Shown in pieces: positions 1-7,728 of a DNA stretch of 64,000 nucleotides. Below the pieces are notes generated by a model. The model did not search any database and was not told the DNA's origin. It worked only from the letters and a program-made list of their open reading frames with translations. The position numbers and the translations under genes were made by a program. The first letter of the stretch is position 1; each line of letters starts with the position of its first letter. The DNA comes from Dictyoglomus sp. (GTDB lineage: Bacteria; Dictyoglomota; Dictyoglomia; Dictyoglomales; Dictyoglomaceae): contig JANXBZ010000009.1 in NCBI GenBank assembly GCA_025060475.1, positions 31,406 to 95,405 on the forward strand. Direction: 5' to 3'.

Positions 1-2
1 AA

Positions 3-107
3 ACTAAAGTAAAAATTCAACCAAGATCTCCTGAAAAGGGGAAAATAACCATAGAATATAGAAGTTTAAAGGAATTAGAAAGAATCATAGAAAAATTCAT
101 GCTATGA
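3..107 (+). CDS. parB: ParB/Spo0J-type partition protein, C-terminal tail only (gene begins upstream of window)
   Basis: Frame open from the window edge: TKVKIQPRSPEKGKITIEYRSLKELERIIEKFML*. The pattern T-x-V-x-I...KGKI-x-IEY-x-S-x-x-EL-x-RI matches the conserved ParB/Spo0J C-terminal tail as I recall it from B. subtilis Spo0J. Stop TGA 105-107 overlaps the next ATG (ATGA). Confidence 0.55.
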   Translation, partial: TKVKIQPRSPEKGKITIEYRSLKELERIIEKFML

Positions 108-967
108 AAGGAAAACTTTTAGGTTTATTAAGTGTCACACTAGCATGTATATTCTGGAGTCTATCCTTTTCAGTATCAAAGATACTTTTAAAACAAGTTT
201 CTCCCTTTGAATTAGCCTTTACAAGATTTTTTTTAGCATCAATTTTTTCATATATAATCTTCTTTCCCAAAGTAAAAAATATTCCTTTAAAATGGGACTA
301 TCAAAAACCTTTATTTGTAGCAGGTTTTTTAGGAGTAACCCTATATTTTATTTTTGAAAATTGGGGATTAAAATTTACTACAGCCTCTGAAGGATCTTTA
401 CTTGTGGGCTCATTTCCTGCAATGGGTTTACTTTTGGAAATTTTCAAAGAACAAAAGCATCCTCCCAAAGAAAGAATTTTAGGAATAATATTATCTCTTC
501 TTGGAGTAATTCTAATCCTAGGGAATGCAGGAATAAAATTTAAAATCCAGAACCTTATTGGCAATTTCTTAATTCTTCTCTCAGGTTTATCCTGGGTAAT
601 ATATAACTGGGAGATAAAAAGGGTTAACCATATTTATCCTTTTGAAGTTTTAACAACTTTTCAATTAATATATGGCGCCTTTTTATTTATTCCTCTACTC
701 TTTTTCACAGGTTTAAGAATCCCCAAGGGTAAAGAAGGACTTTTAGGGATTTTTTATTTAGCATTTTTCTGCTCTGCCTTAGGATATCTCCTATATAATT
801 ACGGATTAAAAAAAATGGAAGTGAGCCAGGTAGTTAATATATTAAACTTAATTCCCCTTTTTGGTGCCCTCTGGGGATTAATCTTTTTAAAAGAAAACTT
901 AGGATTCATAGAAATCTTGGGAGGATTATTTATTATTCTGGGAGTTAGTATTACCACATGGAAATAA
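104..967 (+). CDS. EamA/DMT-family permease
   Basis: 287 aa, about 10 hydrophobic helices in two similar halves, typical of the drug/metabolite transporter (EamA) fold. Translationally coupled to both neighbours. Confidence 0.75.
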   Translation: MKGKLLGLLSVTLACIFWSLSFSVSKILLKQVSPFELAFTRFFLASIFSYIIFFPKVKNIPLKWDYQKPLFVAGFLGVTLYFIFENWGLKFTTASEGSLLVGSFPAMGLLLEIFKEQKHPPKERILGIILSLLGVILILGNAGIKFKIQNLIGNFLILLSGLSWVIYNWEIKRVNHIYPFEVLTTFQLIYGAFLFIPLLFFTGLRIPKGKEGLLGIFYLAFFCSALGYLLYNYGLKKMEVSQVVNILNLIPLFGALWGLIFLKENLGFIEILGGLFIILGVSITTWK

Positions 968-1602
968 AAGGAGTTATATGGGATTGGGACGGAACTCTAG
1001 TAGATTCATTTTTGGAATGTTTTAATGCTACAAAAAAAGTTCTTTCCCTTTTTGGGATAAATATTTCTCTAGAAGAATATAGAGAAAATTTTGCCCCTAA
1101 TTGGTATGAAATGTATAAGAATTTTGGATTAAAGAGAGACTATTGGGAGATAGCAGATAACTTATGGTATAAATATTTTAATCATTCATGTATTAAGTGG
1201 AGAGATGGCGCTTTAGAGAACCTTTCTTTTTTAAAAAATTATGGGATAAAACAAGGAGTGGTCACTGCAAGTACAAAACTAGATATTGAAAAGGAATCTT
1301 TCCATCTTAAACCTGAAAGATTTATCGATTGTTTTATAACCTGGGAGGATTCTTTAAAAAAGAAACCTGACCCTGAATCTTTATTTAAAATATTAGACAT
1401 TTTAAATCTAAAACCTGAAGAAATTGTTTATATTGGTGATACTTCAGGAGATATAATAATGGGGAAAAAAGCAAAAGTAAAACTGGTAATAGCAATTCAA
1501 TCTAATTTTAATAAAAAGGAAGAACTTTTGAAAAATTCTCCTGACTTCTTTTTTGAAAACTTATGGGATCTTTTAAACTTTTGGAAGAAAATATTAAAAT
1601 AG
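958..1602 (+). CDS. HAD-superfamily hydrolase (phosphoglycolate phosphatase-like)
   Basis: Motif I DWDGTLVDS (DxDxT), later TAST, K at KKKPDP, and motif IV YIGDTSGDI. 10-nt overlap with the upstream gene. Confidence 0.8.
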   Translation: MEIKGVIWDWDGTLVDSFLECFNATKKVLSLFGINISLEEYRENFAPNWYEMYKNFGLKRDYWEIADNLWYKYFNHSCIKWRDGALENLSFLKNYGIKQGVVTASTKLDIEKESFHLKPERFIDCFITWEDSLKKKPDPESLFKILDILNLKPEEIVYIGDTSGDIIMGKKAKVKLVIAIQSNFNKKEELLKNSPDFFFENLWDLLNFWKKILK

Positions 1603-1605
1603 ATT

Positions 1606-3456
1606 CTATCCTACTTCCAATTCCTCAGAGAATTGACTCATATATAGATTGTAATAAAATCCCTTCTTCTCTAACAGTTCCTTATGAGTTCCTCTTTCTA
1701 CAATTTCTCCATTATTGATTACTAAAATTAGATCTGCATTTTTTATAGTACTTAATCTATGAGCAATTATAAAACTAGTTCTTCCTTTCATAAGATTCAA
1801 CATAGCGGCTTGAATATATTTTTCAGTTCTTGTATCCACATTACTTGTCGCTTCGTCAAGAATCAAAATTTTAGGATTTGCTAAAATAACCCTTGCAATA
1901 GCAAGAAGTTGTTTCTGTCCCTGACTCAAATCTCCTCCATCTTCTGAGAGAATAGTGTCATAACCATTAGGAAGATTTAAAATAAATTGTTCTGCATGAG
2001 CAAGTCTTGCAGCCTCTTTTATTTCCTCATCCTTTGCAGAAAGTCTTCCATATCTTATATTATCTTTAACTGATACAGAAAAAAGATAAGTATCTTGAAG
2101 AACAATACCTAATATATCTCTTAAACTTTTTCTTTTTATTTTTCTTATCTCTATTCCATCGATCAATATACTTCCTTCATCCACATCATAAAATCGTGCG
2201 AGAAGACTTATTATAGTAGTCTTTCCTGCACCAGTAGGACCCACAAGAGCTACTACTTGGCCTGGTTTTATATGAAAATTAATATTTTTCAATACAGGAT
2301 TTCCTTTTTCATAAGAGAACCAAACGTTTCTAAATTCAAACTCTCCTCTTACATCCCTAAGCTCAACTGCATCCTTATCGTCTTCTACTTCTTCTTTTTC
2401 CTTTAAAATTTCAAATATTCTTTCCGCGCTGGCAATAGCGGACTGAATCATATTATATTGATTTGCCAGTTCATTAAGAGGCCTTGAAAATTGTCTTGAA
2501 TAATTAATAAAAACTGCTATAGAACCAACAGATATCAAATTGCGATAGGCAAAGTACCCCCCAAAACCTGAGATAATAGCAAAACTAATATTATTAATAA
2601 GGTTCATGATAGGTCCTACAAGACCAGAAAATATCTGTGCCTTTATTCCCACTTTTGTTAGCTCCTTATTTACCTCATCAAACCTTTCAATTTCTTTATT
2701 CTCTCTTCCAAAGATTTTAATAACTTTAATTCCCGAAATATCTTCCTCTATTATTCCATTTAAATTTCCTAAAAGAGTTTGGTTTGCATAAAAATATTCT
2801 CTTGTTTTTTTTGCTATAAATTCTGTAGAATAAATGGTAAGGGGAACGGTTAATAAACTTACTATGGTCATGGGAATACTTATTCTTAACATAACAATTA
2901 TTATTCCTATTAATGTAAAAATCCCAGAAAGCAATTGAATAACGCTATTTCCCAAAACCATACCTATATTATCTATATCATTGGTGATTCTACTCATTAT
3001 ATCTCCATGAGGTCTTGTATCAAAAAATTTTAATGGTAGGTACTGAAGTTTATTAAATAAATCTTTTCTCATAGAAAAGACTATATTTTGAGTTGTTTTT
3101 AACATAATATATCCCTGAAGCCATGCCACTAAAGATCCAAGAATATAAACTCCTGAAAGAAGAATAAGGAAATTTAAAAAACCATCGTACTTTTTTGGAA
3201 TAATATAACTATCAATAGCTTTTCCTATCATATAAGGACCTATTATGCCTAAAATAGACGAAAAAAGAACGAGAATAAATACGAAAAATAACATTAATTT
3301 GTATTCTCCTAAATATCTCCAGAGATTCTTCAATGTTTCCCATGGATTCTTTATTTTTATCTCCTCAAAGGATCCAAATCCTCTTCCAGGACCTCCCCTA
3401 AAAGGTCCCATAGGTAAAGGTGGTACTCTTCTTTCTTCTCTTCTTTCCCTATCCAT
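1606..3456 (-). CDS. ABC exporter permease/ATPase, consensus-site half of a heterodimer (TM288-like)
   Basis: 6-TM domain plus NBD. Walker [10 protein letters not shown], Walker [10 protein letters not shown] (catalytic Glu present), degenerate signature LSQGQKQL. Arg/Pro-rich N-terminus as in TM288-type proteins. Confidence 0.9.
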   Translation of the reverse strand: MDRERREERRVPPLPMGPFRGGPGRGFGSFEEIKIKNPWETLKNLWRYLGEYKLMLFFVFILVLFSSILGIIGPYMIGKAIDSYIIPKKYDGFLNFLILLSGVYILGSLVAWLQGYIMLKTTQNIVFSMRKDLFNKLQYLPLKFFDTRPHGDIMSRITNDIDNIGMVLGNSVIQLLSGIFTLIGIIIVMLRISIPMTIVSLLTVPLTIYSTEFIAKKTREYFYANQTLLGNLNGIIEEDISGIKVIKIFGRENKEIERFDEVNKELTKVGIKAQIFSGLVGPIMNLINNISFAIISGFGGYFAYRNLISVGSIAVFINYSRQFSRPLNELANQYNMIQSAIASAERIFEILKEKEEVEDDKDAVELRDVRGEFEFRNVWFSYEKGNPVLKNINFHIKPGQVVALVGPTGAGKTTIISLLARFYDVDEGSILIDGIEIRKIKRKSLRDILGIVLQDTYLFSVSVKDNIRYGRLSAKDEEIKEAARLAHAEQFILNLPNGYDTILSEDGGDLSQGQKQLLAIARVILANPKILILDEATSNVDTRTEKYIQAAMLNLMKGRTSFIIAHRLSTIKNADLILVINNGEIVERGTHKELLEKKGFYYNLYMSQFSEELEVG

Positions 3457-5176
3457 TAAGCACCTCTTCTCCTAATTGAGATTTATATATTTCTTGATAT
3501 ATAGGATTATTTCTTAACAACTCATTATGACTTCCAATTCCAACAATTCTCCCATTTTCAAGAAGAATAATTCTATCAGCATTCATTACTGTTCCTATTC
3601 TCTGAGCAATCAAAAAAGTAGTACAATTCTTCATAATCTCTCTTAATCCCTTTAATATTTTCTGTTCCGTTGCAAAGTCCACCGCACTAGTAGCATCATC
3701 AAGAATTAGAATTTTAGGTTTTTTAATTATTGCTCTTGCTATAGCAATTCTCTGCTTCTGTCCTCCAGAAAGATTTACTCCCCTCTGACCTATCAAGGTA
3801 TCATAACCATTAGGTAGATTAATAATAAAATCATGAGCCTGAGCTATTTTACAAGCATTTATAATCTCCTCATCTGTTGCATCTTCCTTTCCCCAACGTA
3901 CATTTTCCTTTATTGTGCCAGAAAAAAGTACTGTATCCTGAGGAACCATAGATATTGCAGATCTTAAGACCTTTAGATCTATCTCTCTTACATCTATTCC
4001 ATCAATTAAAATCCTTCCAGAAGATACATCATAAAGCCGAGGAATAAGATTAACTAATGTTGACTTTCCAGAACCTGTTGTTCCTAATATACCAACAATC
4101 TCTCCAGGATGTACAGAAAAATTTATATCCTTAAGAACTGACCCCTTTTTACCATCATAACTAAAATATACCTTTTCAAAAACCACTGTTCCCTTCAAAA
4201 TAGGTGTTGAATCACTCTTAAAGGATACTATATCAATTTTTTCATCTAAAACTTCCCTTACTCTCTCTGAAGATGCAGAAGCTCGAGATATAAAGATAAG
4301 AATATTACCAATCATCATAAGAGAAAAAAGAATTTGAAACATATAATTTATATATGCCATAACTTCTCCAACTTTCATATTTCCAGATTTAACTAATAAA
4401 CCACCAAACCATAGAACTCCCAATACACTAAGATTCATGATCAACATAAAAATAGGCATAGCATAAATCATAAGTTTGATAGCTTTTATAACAGCATTCA
4501 TTAAAGCAGAATTAGCATGTCCAAACCTTTCCTTTTCATAATCTATCCTCATAAAAGCTCGAACTAATCTTACTCCCGTAAGATTTTCTCGAACCACATT
4601 GTTTAACCAATCAATTCTTTTCTGAACCTCAGAAAATAGAGGAAAACTTCTTTTCATAACCATTATAAAGATTAAGATAAGAATTGGAATGGAAAATAAA
4701 AATATAAGAGAAAGAGACCTATTAATGGAAATTGCCATTATAATTCCACCTATGAAAAGAAGAGGAGCTCTCACAACAATTCTTAAGCACATCATAACAA
4801 GGTTTTGCAGTTGATTTACATCATTTGTTATCCTTGTTATAAGAGAAGAGGTATGAAATTTGTCAATATTTTTAAAAGAAAAGGATTGAACTCTTTTAAA
4901 TAAATCTAATCTTAAATCTTTTCCAAAATTCTGACTAGCATAACTTGCAAAGATAGTACAACCAACTCCACCAATCATTCCAATCAAAGCAATAATTATC
5001 ATAAAAACTCCTGTTCTTAATATAAAAGGAAGATTATTTTTTAATATTCCTTCGTCTATAATTCTTGCCAATAAAGTTGGTTGATAAAGATCACATATAA
5101 CCTCAATTACCATGAACAATGGAGCTAAAAGGACATAAATCCAATAAGGTTTTAAATATATTAACAACCTGCGCAT
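3449..5176 (-). CDS. ABC exporter permease/ATPase, degenerate-site half of a heterodimer (TM287-like)
   Basis: Walker [10 protein letters not shown], canonical signature LSGGQKQR, Walker [10 protein letters not shown] with Asp replacing the catalytic Glu. 8-nt overlap with the partner gene. Confidence 0.9.
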   Translation of the reverse strand: MRRLLIYLKPYWIYVLLAPLFMVIEVICDLYQPTLLARIIDEGILKNNLPFILRTGVFMIIIALIGMIGGVGCTIFASYASQNFGKDLRLDLFKRVQSFSFKNIDKFHTSSLITRITNDVNQLQNLVMMCLRIVVRAPLLFIGGIIMAISINRSLSLIFLFSIPILILIFIMVMKRSFPLFSEVQKRIDWLNNVVRENLTGVRLVRAFMRIDYEKERFGHANSALMNAVIKAIKLMIYAMPIFMLIMNLSVLGVLWFGGLLVKSGNMKVGEVMAYINYMFQILFSLMMIGNILIFISRASASSERVREVLDEKIDIVSFKSDSTPILKGTVVFEKVYFSYDGKKGSVLKDINFSVHPGEIVGILGTTGSGKSTLVNLIPRLYDVSSGRILIDGIDVREIDLKVLRSAISMVPQDTVLFSGTIKENVRWGKEDATDEEIINACKIAQAHDFIINLPNGYDTLIGQRGVNLSGGQKQRIAIARAIIKKPKILILDDATSAVDFATEQKILKGLREIMKNCTTFLIAQRIGTVMNADRIILLENGRIVGIGSHNELLRNNPIYQEIYKSQLGEEVLNG

Positions 5177-5631
5177 TTTTTGCTTCCTCCACTATTCTCG
5201 TTTAATTTTCTTAAATTATCTCTTATTCTTTTTAAAAAGTTTTTTAATAGCTCCTTTTCATCCTCAGAAAAATTCATAAAACATTCTTTTTCTAAAATAT
5301 TAAAAACCTCTCTTAGATTACTTATAAATTTTTTTCCTTCATTTGTTAAATAAATTCTCGAATACCTTTTATCCTCCTTGTCTTTTTCCTTCCTTATTAG
5401 TCCCCTTCTTTCCATTCTTCTTAAAATTAAAGTTACGGTTGATGGCTTTATTTTCAATTCTCTAACTATATCCTTTTGAATTAGTCCCTCCTTTTCTTGT
5501 AATAAAAGAAGAACAGGTGCCTGCCCCCTATAAAGTTTTATTCCAGAAAGGAGTTTTTCTCTTCTTATAAAATGCTCTTTTATTACCTCTTTAAATAAAG
5601 AATAAAGAGAATTATTCTTATCTTCTTTCAT
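5161..5631 (-). CDS. MarR-family transcriptional regulator
   Basis: Winged-HTH core QAPVLLLLQEKEGLIQKDIVRELKIKPSTVTLILRRMERRGLIRKEKDKEDKR. First gene of the marR-ABC-ABC operon (16-nt overlap). I prefer ATG 5631 (MKEDKNN, 156 aa) over the track start at 5676; the start is uncertain. Confidence 0.8.
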   Translation of the reverse strand: MKEDKNNSLYSLFKEVIKEHFIRREKLLSGIKLYRGQAPVLLLLQEKEGLIQKDIVRELKIKPSTVTLILRRMERRGLIRKEKDKEDKRYSRIYLTNEGKKFISNLREVFNILEKECFMNFSEDEKELLKNFLKRIRDNLRKLNENSGGSKKCAGC

Positions 5632-5650
5632 AAAAAATCTCTTCTTATAA

Positions 5651-5670
5651 ATATTTAGATAACTAAATAT
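5651..5670. promoter_or_regulatory. Perfect 8-4-8 palindrome ATATTTAG-ATAA-CTAAATAT, candidate MarR operator
   Basis: Seen directly. It lies 20-40 nt upstream of the preferred marR ATG (5631) in the divergent marR/AEC intergenic region. MarR proteins bind palindromes near their own promoters. Confidence 0.35.
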
Positions 5671-5688
5671 TACCATAAAATTAAAAAC

Positions 5689-5717
5689 TTGGAAAGAAGA
5701 TATATTATTGATATAAT
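5689..5717 (+). promoter_or_regulatory. sigma70-type promoter TTGGAA-17-TATAAT for the AEC transporter gene
   Basis: TTGGAA 5689-5694, 17-nt spacer, TATAAT 5712-5717, 40 nt upstream of ATG 5757. Confidence 0.45.
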
Positions 5718-5756
5718 CTAAAAAAAGAATTCTGCATAGGATTCTAATTTCTTTTT

Positions 5757-6656
5757 ATGATTGAGAAGATAATTATAAATATACTTATAATTTTATTTGG
5801 TTTTTTAATTAAAAAAACGAGAATTCTTCCTGAAAATACTGGAAAGGTATTAAGCAGATTTATAGTATACATTACCCTTCCTGCTACAATCTTAAAAGTT
5901 TTTTTAACAACTAAAATTCAAATGGATTTTATCATTCTTCCTATATCCTCATTATTATTGGGACTATCGGTCTTTTTACTCTCATTTTTTATATTAAGAT
6001 CTTTGAACTTTGAAGAAAAAATAAAATGGACTTTACTTATCTCTTTATGTGGATATAATGTAGGTCTATTTGCCTATCCCTTTATCCAATCCATTTGTGG
6101 AGATGAAGGCTTATTTATAATGGCAATGTTTGATATAGGTAATTCTTTCTTGGTTTTTGGTTTAGCCTACGCCGTATCCCTAATTGCCGTGAATCAAAGT
6201 AAAATAGATTTTTATAAAATAATAAAGAATGTAATATTATTTTTTCCCTTGGATATTTACATAATCTCTATAATCCTTAATCTTTTCAATATCAAATTTC
6301 CTTCTCTCCTTTATGATTTTGTCTCCCAATTATCAATGCCAAACAATGTTCTTGCTCTTTTCACCATTGGTTTTTTCTTGGATTTTAACTTGAATACCTC
6401 TGAATTAAAAGCCTTAACTTTAGGCTTAATTTTAAGAGTTCTTCCAGGAATTCTATTCTCTTTTATAATTTTTTACTTTTTCCCTTCTAATTTAATCTCC
6501 AAGATAATATCTATTGGACTTCTTCTTCCTGCCCCCTTAGTAGCAATTTTATATTCCAGTGAAAGAAATCTAAATGTAAAGCTTGCATCTCTTTTAGTTT
6601 CTTTAACTATTATCACAGGAGTAATTTCTATATTTTTTATTATGAAAGAATGTTAA
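5757..6656 (+). CDS. AEC (auxin efflux carrier)-family permease
   Basis: 299 aa, about 10 TM helices with a central loop. Resembles AEC/membrane-transport family proteins by overall pattern only. Confidence 0.6.
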   Translation: MIEKIIINILIILFGFLIKKTRILPENTGKVLSRFIVYITLPATILKVFLTTKIQMDFIILPISSLLLGLSVFLLSFFILRSLNFEEKIKWTLLISLCGYNVGLFAYPFIQSICGDEGLFIMAMFDIGNSFLVFGLAYAVSLIAVNQSKIDFYKIIKNVILFFPLDIYIISIILNLFNIKFPSLLYDFVSQLSMPNNVLALFTIGFFLDFNLNTSELKALTLGLILRVLPGILFSFIIFYFFPSNLISKIISIGLLLPAPLVAILYSSERNLNVKLASLLVSLTIITGVISIFFIMKEC

Positions 6657-6668
6657 AATATATAAATA

Positions 6669-7394
6669 ATGCTTTCTCTTAAAGGAAAGATAGCATTAAT
6701 TACTGGTGCCAGTAGAGGAATAGGAAGGGCTATTTCAAAGGCATTAGCCCAAGAAGGAGTAAATCTTGCTATCAATAGTAGAGCAGAAGAAGGATTACTT
6801 ATTCTAAAAAATGAATTAAAGGATTTTGGAATAGATATTCTTCTTTGTCCTTTTGATCTAAAGGATCCAAAAACCCCAAAATTAATTATTGAAAAAGTAA
6901 TTGAGTATTTTGGAAAATTAGATATCCTTATTAACAATGCAGGAATTGCTTTAGCAAAACCAATAATAGAAACCAAGGAAGAAGAATGGGATGAAATTAT
7001 GGCGGTTAATGCTAAAGCACCCTTCTTTTTATGTAAATATGCAATCCCTTATCTTAAAAAATCCGATATACCAACGATAATAAACATATCATCTGTTGTG
7101 GGTACAAAGGGATATATTAATCAAGGAGCTTATACTGCTTCAAAACATGCCTTAATGGGATTTACAAAGGTTTTAGCTCAAGAAGTCCATGATGATGGAA
7201 TAAGAGTTCATGTTATAGCACCTGGTGGTGTTGCAACAGATCTTGTAACAATTATGAGACCTGACATAGATCCTGAAACCTTGATAAAGCCTGAGGAAAT
7301 TGCTGAAATTATAATATTTCTTTTAAAATTCCGAGGTAATGCTGTTATTGATGAGATAAATGTCAGAAGAGAGAAGAATCCTCCTTGGAGATAA
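6669..7394 (+). CDS. Short-chain dehydrogenase/reductase (FabG-like)
   Basis: TGASRGIGR cofactor motif, NNAG, catalytic S...YTASKHAL (YxxxK). Confidence 0.85.
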   Translation: MLSLKGKIALITGASRGIGRAISKALAQEGVNLAINSRAEEGLLILKNELKDFGIDILLCPFDLKDPKTPKLIIEKVIEYFGKLDILINNAGIALAKPIIETKEEEWDEIMAVNAKAPFFLCKYAIPYLKKSDIPTIINISSVVGTKGYINQGAYTASKHALMGFTKVLAQEVHDDGIRVHVIAPGGVATDLVTIMRPDIDPETLIKPEEIAEIIIFLLKFRGNAVIDEINVRREKNPPWR

Positions 7395-7461
7395 TTGAAT
7401 CTTTTAAAACCCTTTTTTATTCTTTTTTTATCCGCTCCTTTTTACAACTAAGATTTTTCAT

Positions 7462-7647
7462 TTATCCACAGTTGTGGATAATTTTGTGGATTACCTGTGG
7501 ATAACTCTGTGGATAACTTGGGTAATCTGTGGATAATTTTGTGGATAAATTTTTAAATGGGGATACTGTGGATAAAATGTGGAAAGTTATCCACAGGTAA
7601 AAACCTTTTATATAAAAGGTCTATTTGAGTTATCCACATTATCCACA
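7462..7647. other. DnaA-box cluster (oriC-like): 10 perfect TTATCCACA 9-mers in 186 bp
   Basis: TTATCCACA on the + strand at 7462, 7587, 7630 and 7639. TGTGGATAA at 7473, 7496, 7508, 7528, 7540 and 7567. Near-matches at 7428 (TTATCCGCT), 7485 (TGTGGATTA), 7578 (TGTGGAAAG) and 7717 (TGTGGACAA). Intergenic, no ORF. Confidence 0.75.
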
Positions 7648-7664
7648 GCCCCTACTACAACTAC

Positions 7665-7698
7665 AATATTATTTTTTTATATATAAATTTAAATATTT
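7665..7698. other. 34-nt pure A/T tract flanking the DnaA boxes (candidate DNA-unwinding element)
   Basis: AATATTATTTTTTTATATATAAATTTAAATATTT contains no G or C and lies 18 nt from the last DnaA box. Confidence 0.5.
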
Positions 7699-7728
7699 GT
7701 TATTGCAGTTGTAAATTGTGGACAAATT

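Noticed and set aside
6653-6976. 107-aa minus-strand ORF. The same pattern applies to 301-564, 2606-2791, 3245-3475, 18841-19170, 19363-19635, 37868-38314, 52509-52712, 53169-53492, 53495-53821 and 54044-54265.
   Set aside because: These are antisense shadow ORFs fully inside well-supported genes. They have low-complexity translations, no RBS, and no recognisable motifs.
7462-7647. The tandem short repeats could be mistaken for a CRISPR array or a minisatellite.
   Set aside because: The repeat unit is only 9 bp, occurs in both orientations with irregular 3-30 nt spacing, and equals the DnaA-box consensus. There are no 25-40 nt repeats or unique spacers, and no cas genes in the window.
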